Shown here: one piece after another, positions 36,131 to 36,420 of the stretch
Layout: every line of letters starts with the position of its first letter
How positions within the stretch are numbered: position 1 is the stretch's first letter
Translations under genes and position numbers: made by a program
The notes under the pieces: model-generated
Database searches by the model: none
What the model saw: the letters and a program-made list of their open reading frames with translations, nothing else
What the model was told of the DNA's origin: nothing
NCBI RefSeq assembly: GCF_001186125.1
Contig: NW_014040492.1
Span: forward strand, 5,418 to 41,837
Origin: Sphaeroforma arctica JP610
Taxonomy: Eukaryota
Length of the DNA stretch: 36,420 nucleotides
Direction: 5' to 3'

Positions 36131-36420
36131 GGTCCCATTGGAACAACCAAATGGACACCCTCTGAGACCTTCCTTAACAAGGTCAAAGATTCAGAGATTC
36201 CACTCTCTACGAGATTGAACGTTAAGCAGTTCAAAGGCAACACAGCACTTGAAGTCTGTGCACAAGAAATACAATCTACTAATGACACTACTGTTAAGAA
36301 GCGTCAGTCTCTAGCTAGGACTCTGATTAATAACATAAAGTCCAAGCCCGAAGTCTTCCAAACCCTATTTTTAAAGGGATTAATGAAAGATAATCCCGAA
36401 GCATATTAAATAAGTCAGGT

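Larger units (their letters stand above)
32552..36420 (+). mobile_element. Second Ty3/Gypsy-like internal region: gag-PR-(deleted)RT-RNase H-N6-adenine methyltransferase; continues beyond the window
   Basis: Domain order and motifs in the following features; multiple stops and frameshifts. Confidence 0.88.

Noticed and set aside
29876..36409. Stop-codon reassignment or programmed readthrough explaining in-frame TAA/TAG
   Set aside because: The host gene has no internal stops and ends in TAG; the elements also have frameshifts, TGA stops and deletions, indicating ordinary decay.
32552..36420. Interpretation as an ordinary DIRS element because of the MTase
   Set aside because: It has a retropepsin and Ty3-style RNase H (ELLAIV, HLPG..PDMLSR), and no tyrosine recombinase or inverted termini are visible. 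Not fully excluded without phylogeny and downstream sequence.

Overview
Eukaryotic genomic DNA with GT-AG introns and no prokaryotic features; the organism cannot be determined from sequence alone. Positions 1-13.1 kb hold one 5'-truncated, 13-exon + strand gene. It encodes an alpha/beta-hydrolase interrupted by a ~370-aa acidic insert and fused to a DUSP11/RNA-triphosphatase-type cysteine phosphatase (HCHYGFNRTG). Its introns carry large simple repeats, including a 3.4-kb (ATTTCT)n array that creates spurious long ORFs. Positions 13.3-26.2 kb are decayed transposon sequence: Gypsy and Copia remnants, a MULE-like transposase next to a Ulp1 protease, a fold-back element and many two-copy tandem duplications. 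Positions 26.2-36.4 kb are the most interesting part: LTR - [gag fused directly to integrase-chromodomain, no PR/RT/RNase H] - PPT - LTR - [gag, protease, internally deleted RT, RNase H, N6-adenine DNA methyltransferase with NPPW] running off the window end. The LTR pair has no target-site duplication, and both leaders can base-pair with the same LTR. The two internal regions may therefore be complementary partners sharing one LTR, a possible bipartite, methyltransferase-carrying LTR retrotransposon system. All TE copies here have stops or frameshifts. Domain calls come from motif recognition by eye, not database searches.
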